NCBI GenBank assembly: GCA_021780535.1
Contig: JAJXYN010000012.1
Location: forward strand, 69,688-133,687
Length of the DNA: 64,000 nt
Direction of reading: 5' to 3'
Source of the DNA: a bacterium
GTDB lineage: Bacteria > Patescibacteriota > Patescibacteriia > JAGPKW01
Shown: positions 7,825 to 15,796 of the stretch, piece after piece
Layout: each line of letters starts with the position of its first letter
How positions within the stretch are numbered: the first letter of the stretch is position 1
Notes under the pieces: generated by a model
What the model saw: only the letters and a program-made list of their open reading frames with translations
Told to the model about the DNA's origin: nothing
The model's database searches: none
Program-made: the position numbers and the translations under genes

Positions 7825-9338
7825 ACTGACTTCAAAAATTCTTCTGCTATTTTTATATAATCAGGATTTATTTCAAATCCTATAAAACTACCTCCGAGTT
7901 TTTTTGTAGCAACACATTCAGAACCAGATCCAACAAAAGGAACTAAAACATTAAAATTACCAATTGGTTTGCAAGATTTTATTAACTTTTCAGATAATTC
8001 AAGCGGTTTTTGAGTCGGATGTTTTATAATATTATGGTCAAGATGTTTTTTTAGTAATTTAGGATTAAAACTTTTATTGCATGTTTTACAATAAAAAAAT
8101 CTTTCTTTTATTCCACTACCCCCAGCTAATGTTGATATTTTAATAACATCTCTTGGTAGGGCGCCGTTTTCATTTGCATTATATATAGTTGTTTTCCCTG
8201 TTTTGTTTAATCTTCCAATAGTGCCTGTTCTGGTTTTGCCAGCAGAATTTTTAAGAAAGCCTTCGGTATATGGCTCTCTTACGTCGTCTTTATTAAAAAT
8301 TTTATTATTTTTCCAACAACATATAATGGATTCATGACTTCTTTGCCAAAAATTTAAAGTTGGCATATTTTTATTTGTATAATGCCACACTAACCATCTT
8401 TTGTTTAAATCTATATTAATGAAAATATATGATAAAATTTCACTAAAACCATAAATAAATATTGTTCCTGTATCTTTTAAGACTCTTTTACATTCAGCCA
8501 TATATTTATTTGTCCAAGATATATAATCTTGAATATCCATGTTATCAAAATTGTTTCCAAAATTTTTTCCTATATTATAAGGAGGATCTATAATTACTAT
8601 ATCAAAAAAGTTATCTGGTAAATCTTTTATACCAATTAATAAGTCTTTCAAATATATTGAATTTAGTTTAATTATATTTTTTTTTGTCTTTTTCTTTTTA
8701 TCTTCTTTAATTTTTTTATTTTTTTCATCACTTAAATTTCTTATAATCTTAACAACAATGCCTCGCACTTCAACTTCTTTTCTAAAAAATGGTAACATTT
8801 GTTGATTTGCTGGTTGTAATCTAAATCCGTTTTTTTCTTTATATATTTTTTTTAAGGTAGCTTTATTTTCATCTATTATAGCAACAACGGTTTGTCCGTT
8901 ATCTGCATATGCTTGTTTTTTTATAACAACCACATCTCCATCAAATATTCCATCATCTATCATGCTATCACCACTAACTTTTAAAGAATAATAATCATTA
9001 TAGGAATTTTTTATTTCCTGTTTTGATAATATAATATCTCTTTCTTTATATTCAATTGCTTCTATTGGTAATCCAGCTGTTATAATCCCTATTAACGGTA
9101 TTTTTATTGTATCATTTCTTTTGTTTAAATTAATTAATTTAATAGATCTACTACTGTGGTTGTCTTTTTTGATAAATTTTTTATTAACCAATGATTCTAT
9201 ATGTTCGTGCACAGTTGACACGGAGGATAAATTAAAATTATTTTTTATTTCTTCTATTGTTGGCGATATATTATTTTTTAATATATAATTTTTTATAAAA
9301 TCATAAATTTCTTTTTGTCTTTTAGTTATTGTTTCCAT
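7821..9338 (-). CDS. LexA-like repressor (wHTH + S24 peptidase) fused to a beta-class DNA methyltransferase (N6-adenine/N4-cytosine)
   Basis: N-terminus KRQKEIYDFIKNY...SPTIEEI...STVHEHIESLVNKKFI is a LexA-type winged HTH. ITAGLPIEA matches the LexA Ala-Gly autocleavage site. VSGDSM plus TLKK form the S24 Ser/Lys dyad. The C-terminal half has DPPY motif IV (DIVIIDPPYNIG) before FxGxG motif I (VPFVGSGSE). Confidence 0.85.
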   Translation of the reverse strand: METITKRQKEIYDFIKNYILKNNISPTIEEIKNNFNLSSVSTVHEHIESLVNKKFIKKDNHSSRSIKLINLNKRNDTIKIPLIGIITAGLPIEAIEYKERDIILSKQEIKNSYNDYYSLKVSGDSMIDDGIFDGDVVVIKKQAYADNGQTVVAIIDENKATLKKIYKEKNGFRLQPANQQMLPFFRKEVEVRGIVVKIIRNLSDEKNKKIKEDKKKKTKKNIIKLNSIYLKDLLIGIKDLPDNFFDIVIIDPPYNIGKNFGNNFDNMDIQDYISWTNKYMAECKRVLKDTGTIFIYGFSEILSYIFINIDLNKRWLVWHYTNKNMPTLNFWQRSHESIICCWKNNKIFNKDDVREPYTEGFLKNSAGKTRTGTIGRLNKTGKTTIYNANENGALPRDVIKISTLAGGSGIKERFFYCKTCNKSFNPKLLKKHLDHNIIKHPTQKPLELSEKLIKSCKPIGNFNVLVPFVGSGSECVATKKLGGSFIGFEINPDYIKIAEEFLKSV

Positions 9339-9417
9339 GTATTTTTATTTATAATAATAATTATATTATACCGAAAATTTTCCGAAAATGTAAATATACT
9401 TTTCCACACGAGATAGT
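9339..9417 (-). promoter_or_regulatory. putative promoter of the LexA-MTase gene, with a near-palindrome in the spacer
   Basis: Minus strand reads TTTACA-18-TATAAT, and the spacer contains the 10-bp perfect palindrome GAAAATTTTC within CCGAAAATTTTCCG. CCGAAAAT is directly repeated. Confidence 0.35.
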
Positions 9418-9509
9418 TTATCTTTTATTACATTAATGACGCAATAAAAAAATTATATCTAGGCTTAAAGAGTAGATAAACAGTAGATAAAAATGCTTTT
9501 AATTAGATA
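9418..9509. repeat. 92-bp direct repeat, copy B (upstream of the LexA-MTase gene)
   Basis: About 93% identical to 4218-4310. Confidence 0.65.
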
Positions 9510-9550
9510 GAGTTTATATTATAATTGATTTATATAATTAAAAAATAAAA

Positions 9551-9904
9551 ATGACTCAGGAAATTCAAGAATTGTTAAATAAAATATATAATGATTTTAG
9601 TATTGAAAAATTTGGATTAAAAAAAGAATCTAGAATTTTTTTGGATAAGTTATTGTTGAATAATGAACATTTAAAAAAATTTTTTGAACTTGAATCTGAT
9701 GAATATGTTTTTAAGTTTATTAATATTATTTATTTAGATTTGATCGAAATAAGAAGTAAAATTAATGGAATTAAAAAAGTGGCTAAAAATTCTAGAAAAT
9801 TTGAAATTTTATTTATAAAATATTTTGGTCATAACTTAGAAAACCTAGAACAAGAGAAAAAAGAAAAGTTAAAAGAATTTATAGAAAAAGAATATAATAA
9901 TTAA
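9551..9904 (+). CDS. hypothetical protein (117 aa)
   Basis: ORF only. Confidence 0.45.
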   Translation: MTQEIQELLNKIYNDFSIEKFGLKKESRIFLDKLLLNNEHLKKFFELESDEYVFKFINIIYLDLIEIRSKINGIKKVAKNSRKFEILFIKYFGHNLENLEQEKKEKLKEFIEKEYNN

Positions 9905-9912
9905 TTGATAAT

Positions 9913-10605
9913 ATGAATTTAGAAAATCTTAATCAAAAAAATTTAATTCCAGAAATTAAAAAAGATATTTTAGAAAAAGTAGAAGCAGATTTATCCATAC
10001 TAAAAAATATAAATATTTTTATTGATAATTATGTTAAAGACTTTGAAGATGAGATTGAAAAATCTAGCTTAGAAGAATCTAAAAAGAAAGAATTGCAAGA
10101 TAAATTAAGATCCAATCTATCTGATATTAAAGATCTTTCATCTGAAATTGATGATATTATCGAAATTAAAATAGAGGTAAGAAATGTTGTCTTAAGTATA
10201 GAAGATAAATTTAAAGATTTAATAAGAGAAGAATTACCTGAAAAATGGCAAGAAATAATTTCTCAAGAAGATTTTAATATTGCAAATATTCAAAAAGACA
10301 AAGAAGATTTATTAAGAGCTAAAGAGTTTAGTGCAAATAGAAAAGAAACCATAGAACTTTATGACATATTATTAGCTACAATTCATCAAATAAATACTGA
10401 TAAACATAGTGGAATTAATGAAATAGACGAGAATGATATACAAAAAATTATAAATGATTTTAAACTTGTTAATAGATTAAATAAAATACTTAATGAAAAT
10501 TTGAATGAAAAAGATTTCAAAAAAAGATATATTTTAATGCAAATGTTAAAAAATAGAATTAAAAGTTTAGAATTTCAAGAAATAAAACAAAAATATCAAA
10601 AATAA
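9913..10605 (+). CDS. hypothetical coiled-coil protein (230 aa)
   Basis: ORF only; charged and coiled-coil-like. Confidence 0.5.
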   Translation: MNLENLNQKNLIPEIKKDILEKVEADLSILKNINIFIDNYVKDFEDEIEKSSLEESKKKELQDKLRSNLSDIKDLSSEIDDIIEIKIEVRNVVLSIEDKFKDLIREELPEKWQEIISQEDFNIANIQKDKEDLLRAKEFSANRKETIELYDILLATIHQINTDKHSGINEIDENDIQKIINDFKLVNRLNKILNENLNEKDFKKRYILMQMLKNRIKSLEFQEIKQKYQK

Positions 10606-10640
10606 AAAAGCGACTCATGTTAGAATCGCTCTTGCGGATG

Positions 10641-10979
10641 TTATCTTTTTCTTTTTTTCCATCCACGAATTGTTGCTATTGCATCGAAATTTTTTTCGTA
10701 ATAAACAAGAAGTTCAAACGCTATATAACTAGCAACTGCATGTTGTTCATATTTTTCAGTTAATTCTTCTAATTTTTTATCTATTTCTTCAAGATTAAAT
10801 TTTTCTGAAAACCAAACTTCTTCATTATAAACTAATTTTGAATCAATTTGACCCTTTTCAATATTATGAATCAATTCAAATTCAATATTAGCTCCAAAAA
10901 TTTCCTTATCAAAAACAATTTTCAAATTTAATGGATCATTTGGATCTTTTATAGTTTGAATAGCGTTTGATTCACTCAT
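10641..10979 (-). CDS. hypothetical protein (112 aa)
   Basis: ORF preceded by tandem duplicated GGAGGA Shine-Dalgarno sequences. Confidence 0.5.
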   Translation of the reverse strand: MSESNAIQTIKDPNDPLNLKIVFDKEIFGANIEFELIHNIEKGQIDSKLVYNEEVWFSEKFNLEEIDKKLEELTEKYEQHAVASYIAFELLVYYEKNFDAIATIRGWKKRKR

Positions 10980-11076
10980 TTTTATCCTCCAATTTATCCT
11001 CCAATATCATCAATCGATATTTTTGTATTTAACCACATTTTTAACAAAAAAGCAACTAATTTTATATTATAGTTTT

Positions 11077-11160
11077 ATTTACTTATATTTTATTTAATAT
11101 TAGCCAATAAATACCAAAATAAATCAAATACTTAGTGTCGCATTAAACCTCTATTTTTTG
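11077..11160. repeat. ~80-bp intergenic repeat family, copy 2
   Basis: About 85% identical to 6771-6853. Confidence 0.6.
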
Positions 11161-11178
11161 TTGTTTTTAGAAGTAAAT

Positions 11179-12258
11179 TTATTTGTTAAAACAAGAATTG
11201 CTATTTTGTTTTGTGTCATCAAATATTAAATTAACTCCATCACATTTTTCTCCTCTTAATGTTGAGATTGCTTGATATATAGCATCTTCTGTTTGTTGTC
11301 CTATTAATCTTGAAACCTCATTGTTATTTTTATCTATTAGAATAAATGTTGGTACTCCTATAATTTTGAATTCATTTTTTAGATAAAAATTTTCAGGTTT
11401 TGAAACGTCTATTTTTTTTAAATTTATATTTTTACCATCACATTTTGCAAATACTTGATTTAGAATTGGATCCATTTGTTTACAGATACTACAGTCGCTT
11501 GAATAAAATTCAATTAATGTTGGATAATTATTTTCAGAATTTAATATATAAGATTTTATATTATTTTTTGGACCATTATCTTTATTGAATATATTAAAAT
11601 CAAAAGATGTTGAGAATAGATATATTGATGATATTATCATTAAAATTCCTATTATTATTTCTATTTTTTTAAAATATTTATATATGTATGTTATTTTTGG
11701 TAATAAAATTTCAGAAAAAATTGATACAAGTATAAATGGTGAAAATAAACCAAATCCATATACAAATAAATAGAAAAATCCTAATAATGGACTTATTGAT
11801 TTGCTTAATATGAATGCTAATATACTTCCAAGTATAGGCCCTATACATGGTGACCAACCAGCTCCAAATACAAATCCTAATAAAAAATTATTTAGAATTT
11901 TAAATTTTGTATGAATTTTTGTTTCATTGATTTTTAGAGTTCTTTCAAGAAAAGATATTTTTACAATTCCTAAAAATTTTAAACCAAAAATAAATATTAT
12001 AAAACTACTTAGTATTGAAATGATGCTTTGATATTTATTTAAAAATAAACCAAAAATTGCGAATAAACCGCCAATTAATGCGAATGATGTGATGAATCCA
12101 AAACTGAAAGATAATGATGATTTGATTATATTTGCTTTATTTTTTGTTGATAAATCATTTGATAATATTCCTATATAAATTGGTATCAATGGTAATATGC
12201 AGGGAGTGAAAAATGTTAATGCGCCAGCGAAAAATATTGATATTATGGATAGATCCAT
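11179..12258 (-). CDS. DsbD/CcdA-like transmembrane thiol-disulfide transporter fused to a C-terminal thioredoxin domain
   Basis: Polytopic membrane N-terminal part with the two conserved Cys contexts FTPCILPLIP and GWSPCIGPIL. C-terminal thioredoxin CxxC motif YSSDCSICKQM. Confidence 0.7.
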   Translation of the reverse strand: MDLSIISIFFAGALTFFTPCILPLIPIYIGILSNDLSTKNKANIIKSSLSFSFGFITSFALIGGLFAIFGLFLNKYQSIISILSSFIIFIFGLKFLGIVKISFLERTLKINETKIHTKFKILNNFLLGFVFGAGWSPCIGPILGSILAFILSKSISPLLGFFYLFVYGFGLFSPFILVSIFSEILLPKITYIYKYFKKIEIIIGILMIISSIYLFSTSFDFNIFNKDNGPKNNIKSYILNSENNYPTLIEFYSSDCSICKQMDPILNQVFAKCDGKNINLKKIDVSKPENFYLKNEFKIIGVPTFILIDKNNNEVSRLIGQQTEDAIYQAISTLRGEKCDGVNLIFDDTKQNSNSCFNK

Positions 12259-12297
12259 TTTAACTATTTTTAAATTATTTAATTATATTATTGATTT

Positions 12298-12325
12298 ATT
12301 ATAACATAGGGGGAGGGGGTGTCAA
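12298..12325 (-). promoter_or_regulatory. sigma70-like promoter (TTGACA-16-TATAAT) with an unusual CCCCCTCCCCC spacer, driving the DsbD-like gene
   Basis: Minus-strand TTGACA at 12320-12325 and TATAAT at 12298-12303, with a 16-nt C-rich spacer. Confidence 0.45.
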
Positions 12326-12401
12326 ATATATTTTATTTGAGATAGTGATAAAAATAGGCTATTATTTATTTAATAGATTTATTTTATTTTTATAATAAAT
12401 T

Positions 12402-12824
12402 ATGAATAATAAATTTTTAACGTATTCTATATCTGTATCAATCTTATTGGTTTCAATTTCTATTAGTTTTTATTTATTTAAAGTCTTGCCAGATGTTAAT
12501 AAACAAAAATTAAATCTTGAAATACAACAAAATATTGAAGCAATAAAAACAAAATGTACAGAATTAGGGAAAGAACAATATGCCCAAGAATTAAAGATAT
12601 CTAATAATAAAACATCTTTTGGTACTCCTGTATATTTTTATAATGAGAAACTTAGTCAATGTTTATATGAAAATGTATTTATTGCAGAAAATTATACTTC
12701 TAATTATGTAGTTGATCTTTATACAAATAAACCTATTCTTGAAAGTGATTATTCAAATTCAAAACTTCAGTATGGATTAACAAAAGATGAGTTTAATAAA
12801 AAAGCATATGAATTAATGAATTAG
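12402..12824 (+). CDS. hypothetical protein with N-terminal TM/signal anchor (140 aa)
   Basis: ORF with a hydrophobic N-terminus. Confidence 0.45.
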   Translation: MNNKFLTYSISVSILLVSISISFYLFKVLPDVNKQKLNLEIQQNIEAIKTKCTELGKEQYAQELKISNNKTSFGTPVYFYNEKLSQCLYENVFIAENYTSNYVVDLYTNKPILESDYSNSKLQYGLTKDEFNKKAYELMN

Positions 12825-12890
12825 GTGTTTGGTTGATTGGTTTTTATAATAAAATCAAGTTAATGAATAATATAAAATAATATTTTAGTT

Positions 12891-13397
12891 ATGAATGATA
12901 CGGAGATGATAAAATTTAACCATGAAATTTTTGTTTGTGTGAATTTTTTGCATATTTATAATAAAAGTATACATTTTTTGAAACATGGCGACCCTTTAAT
13001 ACGAGAACCTGATTGTATTTGCGATAGAAATACTGCTATAGAAATTGTTGGTATTTATGATAGTGATAAACAGGCAGAAAAACTTTGGAATAATGATCTT
13101 GATATTAAAACTGAAAATATTTTTAGTTTTGATTTGCTTGCTTTTGAAAATTTGAATAAAAATATTTCAAAAAAACTTTTTAAATTAAATAAAGGTTTGT
13201 ATAAAGGATTTAATGGGAGAGTGATGTTAGTTTGTGATATTTTAAGCCCGCTTGTTACGGATAAGGATATTGATATTTTTGTGAAATCATACATTCCATT
13301 TAATGGTAATAGTGATTATGAAAAATATTTTTATGAAATTTGGATTTTATGGAAATCTAATGTTGCTGGTTGTTTTAGGATTAAAAAATTGGAATAA
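12891..13397 (+). CDS. hypothetical protein (168 aa)
   Basis: ORF only. Confidence 0.45.
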   Translation: MNDTEMIKFNHEIFVCVNFLHIYNKSIHFLKHGDPLIREPDCICDRNTAIEIVGIYDSDKQAEKLWNNDLDIKTENIFSFDLLAFENLNKNISKKLFKLNKGLYKGFNGRVMLVCDILSPLVTDKDIDIFVKSYIPFNGNSDYEKYFYEIWILWKSNVAGCFRIKKLE

Positions 13398-13466
13398 TTT
13401 ATTAATGAACTGCCGTGTTGATTAAATATTGTAAAAATATTAAAAATATGGTTTTATATAGATATC

Positions 13467-13769
13467 TTGTGTTATATAGGAGGTGGCGATATGTTGGAAG
13501 AAGTTGTTGCTCAAAAAGATGAAGAAATTAACCCAACAGAAAGATTGGATAAAATTATAGAAAAAGTTGACTTTACTAGGTTTGTATTACTTTCTGCTTC
13601 TTTGAAAATGACCACTAATGGTAATTTATCACAATTTCTTCAAGATATTGATCAGCAAGAAGATAGACAAATACTAATTCTTGCTAGAATATTTCAAACA
13701 AAAATAACAAGTAAGAGGGAACTTGTTAGGTTTAAAAACAAAATCAGAGAATTTAGCTTTTTTTTGTGA
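13467..13769 (+). CDS. hypothetical protein (100 aa)
   Basis: ORF followed by an intrinsic terminator. Confidence 0.4.
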   Translation: MCYIGGGDMLEEVVAQKDEEINPTERLDKIIEKVDFTRFVLLSASLKMTTNGNLSQFLQDIDQQEDRQILILARIFQTKITSKRELVRFKNKIREFSFFL

Positions 13770-13780
13770 TTGCTAATAAG

Positions 13781-13810
13781 GCCTTGGAAAATACAACCAA
13801 GGCTTTTTTA
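13781..13810 (+). terminator. intrinsic terminator (GCCTTGG-loop-CCAAGGC + T6)
   Basis: 7-bp GC-rich stem followed by a T run. Confidence 0.6.
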
Positions 13811-13846
13811 ATAAATAAAATAGGGGATAATACATTGTTTATCCCC
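13811..13846 (-). terminator. intrinsic terminator on the minus strand (GGGGATA-loop-TATCCCC + T-rich tract)
   Basis: Stem-loop with a T-rich run on the minus strand, downstream of the 13878-14135 gene. Confidence 0.5.
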
Positions 13847-13877
13847 ATGTGACCAATAGGCTTGAGATCTAGAAGTG

Positions 13878-14135
13878 CTAAGAAATTCTTCTAGCTCTTT
13901 TTTGCCCCGGTCCAACTTTCTCTACACACCATACTTCTATGGATTTGTGTTTTTCGCACAATCGTTCTGCGTAATTGGCAGATGATTGTGAAAAACTTCC
14001 TCTTGTTTCAAATTGTTTTTCAAATTCTTCCTTGATTTGCCTTCTTCGCATCTCGCTATTCATAATCATTTCCATTTTTTGTCTTGAAATTTGTTTTTTT
14101 TGTTGAGATTCAGGCGTTGTTGTAGAGTTTGTCAT
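13878..14135 (-). CDS. small hypothetical basic protein (85 aa)
   Basis: ORF in a locally GC-richer segment. Confidence 0.35.
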   Translation of the reverse strand: MTNSTTTPESQQKKQISRQKMEMIMNSEMRRRQIKEEFEKQFETRGSFSQSSANYAERLCEKHKSIEVWCVEKVGPGQKRARRIS

Positions 14136-14195
14136 TAAATTCCTCCCGTTGTTTAAATATATAACTTTGTGTCTGTTTTGTCAAAGCTAGTAACA

Positions 14196-15413
14196 TTATT
14201 CGGCAGTTTCTTTTTTTATTTTTTTTCTTATTGCGAAAAATATTATTATAATGATTTCAAATATTTGTATAAACATTGCTAGTGTGTAGCTTATTACTTT
14301 CAGTAAATTTATACTTTTACCAGAAAGTGCTGTAGCAATTAAATAGTTAAATGAATCCTCTATTACTTTTATCTTTATTGGGATATCAAATGTTATATAT
14401 CTTCCTATTATTACTATTAATCCAAGAAATACAAATAACCCGAATATTAAAAGCAATAAATCTTTTTTTTGTTTTTTGTTTTTTACTATATTCAAGTAAT
14501 ATTTTTTTGATTCTTCCATTAGATTTTCTCTATCTAATAAATCTGCAAAAAATAAATAAATATCCGTTTTTATAAATATAAGAAATTGCCATATTATTCC
14601 TAAAAACTCTATAAGAATAAAGGACTTTAGTAATAAATATAGCATATTTGAGATATGTATTATGCTAGTATTATTTAGAAATATTATTAATAAATATATC
14701 CCTAAAAAAAATAAATCAGAAAATATTCCGCTTAAATAAAGTCTGTATCTGTTTTTTTCTTTTATTGTGTATGCATTTTCAAAAATTGTTTCAGCAACAA
14801 TATAATTTGCTCTGGAGCTTATTCCAAATGATGTTACTATGTTTCTACTTCTTGCTGCTAAGAAATGGAAAAACTCATGTCTAAATGTTGATAGCCAAGA
14901 GTATGTGAATGATACTAATAAGCATAATAAATAATTTGAATTGAAAAAAAAGTCTTCATATTTTGGTAAATAGTTTAGATTTGTAATTGTTATGATAAAA
15001 GAAAATGCTATAAGTAGTATTAATAATGTTTTTACTGGTATAGAAAAAAATAATTTAGCAAAATTTTGTTTTATAAAAGGTAAATCGTTTTTTAATTTTA
15101 TATGTTCATTTTTAAATTTTTTTGATCCTATTTTTTTTATAATTTTTATTTCTAAAAAATTATTAATTCTTGTTTGTATCTCTTTTTTCGTATAATATTT
15201 TGTGTTTTTTAATATATTTTCTATTGAGTGGTGTTTTTGTAATAGTTTTATTATATGCTCTGAATCGTGATCTATGAGAATAGCGTTACCGTTTATTGTA
15301 ATAAAAAAATCTCCATCTTTTTCGCCCGTAGTTTTAAAATTGAAAAAATATATCTTGTCTGTAGCTTTTATTTTCATGATTATTATTTTATCATTTTTAA
15401 TTAAAACTGTCAT
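14196..15413 (-). CDS. polytopic membrane protein with HExxH motif (putative intramembrane zinc metalloprotease, M50-like) and a ~100-aa soluble N-terminal domain
   Basis: FRHEFFHFLAA contains HExxH in a hydrophobic segment; multiple TM helices. Confidence 0.45.
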   Translation of the reverse strand: MTVLIKNDKIIIMKIKATDKIYFFNFKTTGEKDGDFFITINGNAILIDHDSEHIIKLLQKHHSIENILKNTKYYTKKEIQTRINNFLEIKIIKKIGSKKFKNEHIKLKNDLPFIKQNFAKLFFSIPVKTLLILLIAFSFIITITNLNYLPKYEDFFFNSNYLLCLLVSFTYSWLSTFRHEFFHFLAARSRNIVTSFGISSRANYIVAETIFENAYTIKEKNRYRLYLSGIFSDLFFLGIYLLIIFLNNTSIIHISNMLYLLLKSFILIEFLGIIWQFLIFIKTDIYLFFADLLDRENLMEESKKYYLNIVKNKKQKKDLLLLIFGLFVFLGLIVIIGRYITFDIPIKIKVIEDSFNYLIATALSGKSINLLKVISYTLAMFIQIFEIIIIIFFAIRKKIKKETAE

Positions 15414-15576
15414 ATGAATTGTAAAAATTATGTTGATAAAATATCTAAAGAAAAATAACTGTGGATTACTTTTATAAATAGCTTATATTGGATAAAAATA
15501 TATTATGTGGAACGTATTGAACAGATGATTTATGAATGATATAATATTACACATAATCAGTTTAAATTAATTTAAA

Positions 15577-15717
15577 ATGGCTACTACAAAAAAGGCTGCA
15601 ACAAAAAAAGTTGTCGCAAAGAAACCGGTTGCAACAAAAAAAGTTGTTGCAAAAAAAACAGTTGCAAAAAAGGCTCCTGTTAAAAAAGCAAAATCTACAA
15701 GACAAGCTAATGGTTAA
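15577..15717 (+). CDS. small Lys/Ala-rich basic protein (46 aa), histone H1/Hc1-like low-complexity
   Basis: MATTKKAATKKVVAKKPVATKKVVAKKTVAKKAPVKKAKSTRQANG. Followed immediately by a strong terminator. Below the ORF-track cutoff. Confidence 0.45.
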   Translation: MATTKKAATKKVVAKKPVATKKVVAKKTVAKKAPVKKAKSTRQANG

Positions 15718-15746
15718 AAGAAAGACGTTTCGTCTTTCTTTTTTTA
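15718..15746 (+). terminator. intrinsic terminator (AAGAAAGACG-ttt-CGTCTTTCTT + T run)
   Basis: 10-bp perfect stem followed by a T run. Confidence 0.6.
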
Positions 15747-15796
15747 TACTATTGATATATCATAATACTGATTAAAATCGAATCAAGGAGGGCACT

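Noticed and set aside
12310-12322. G-quadruplex at GGGGGAGGGGGTG.
   Set aside because: Only two G-runs; at least four are needed. It is better explained as the C-rich spacer of a minus-strand TTGACA-16-TATAAT promoter.
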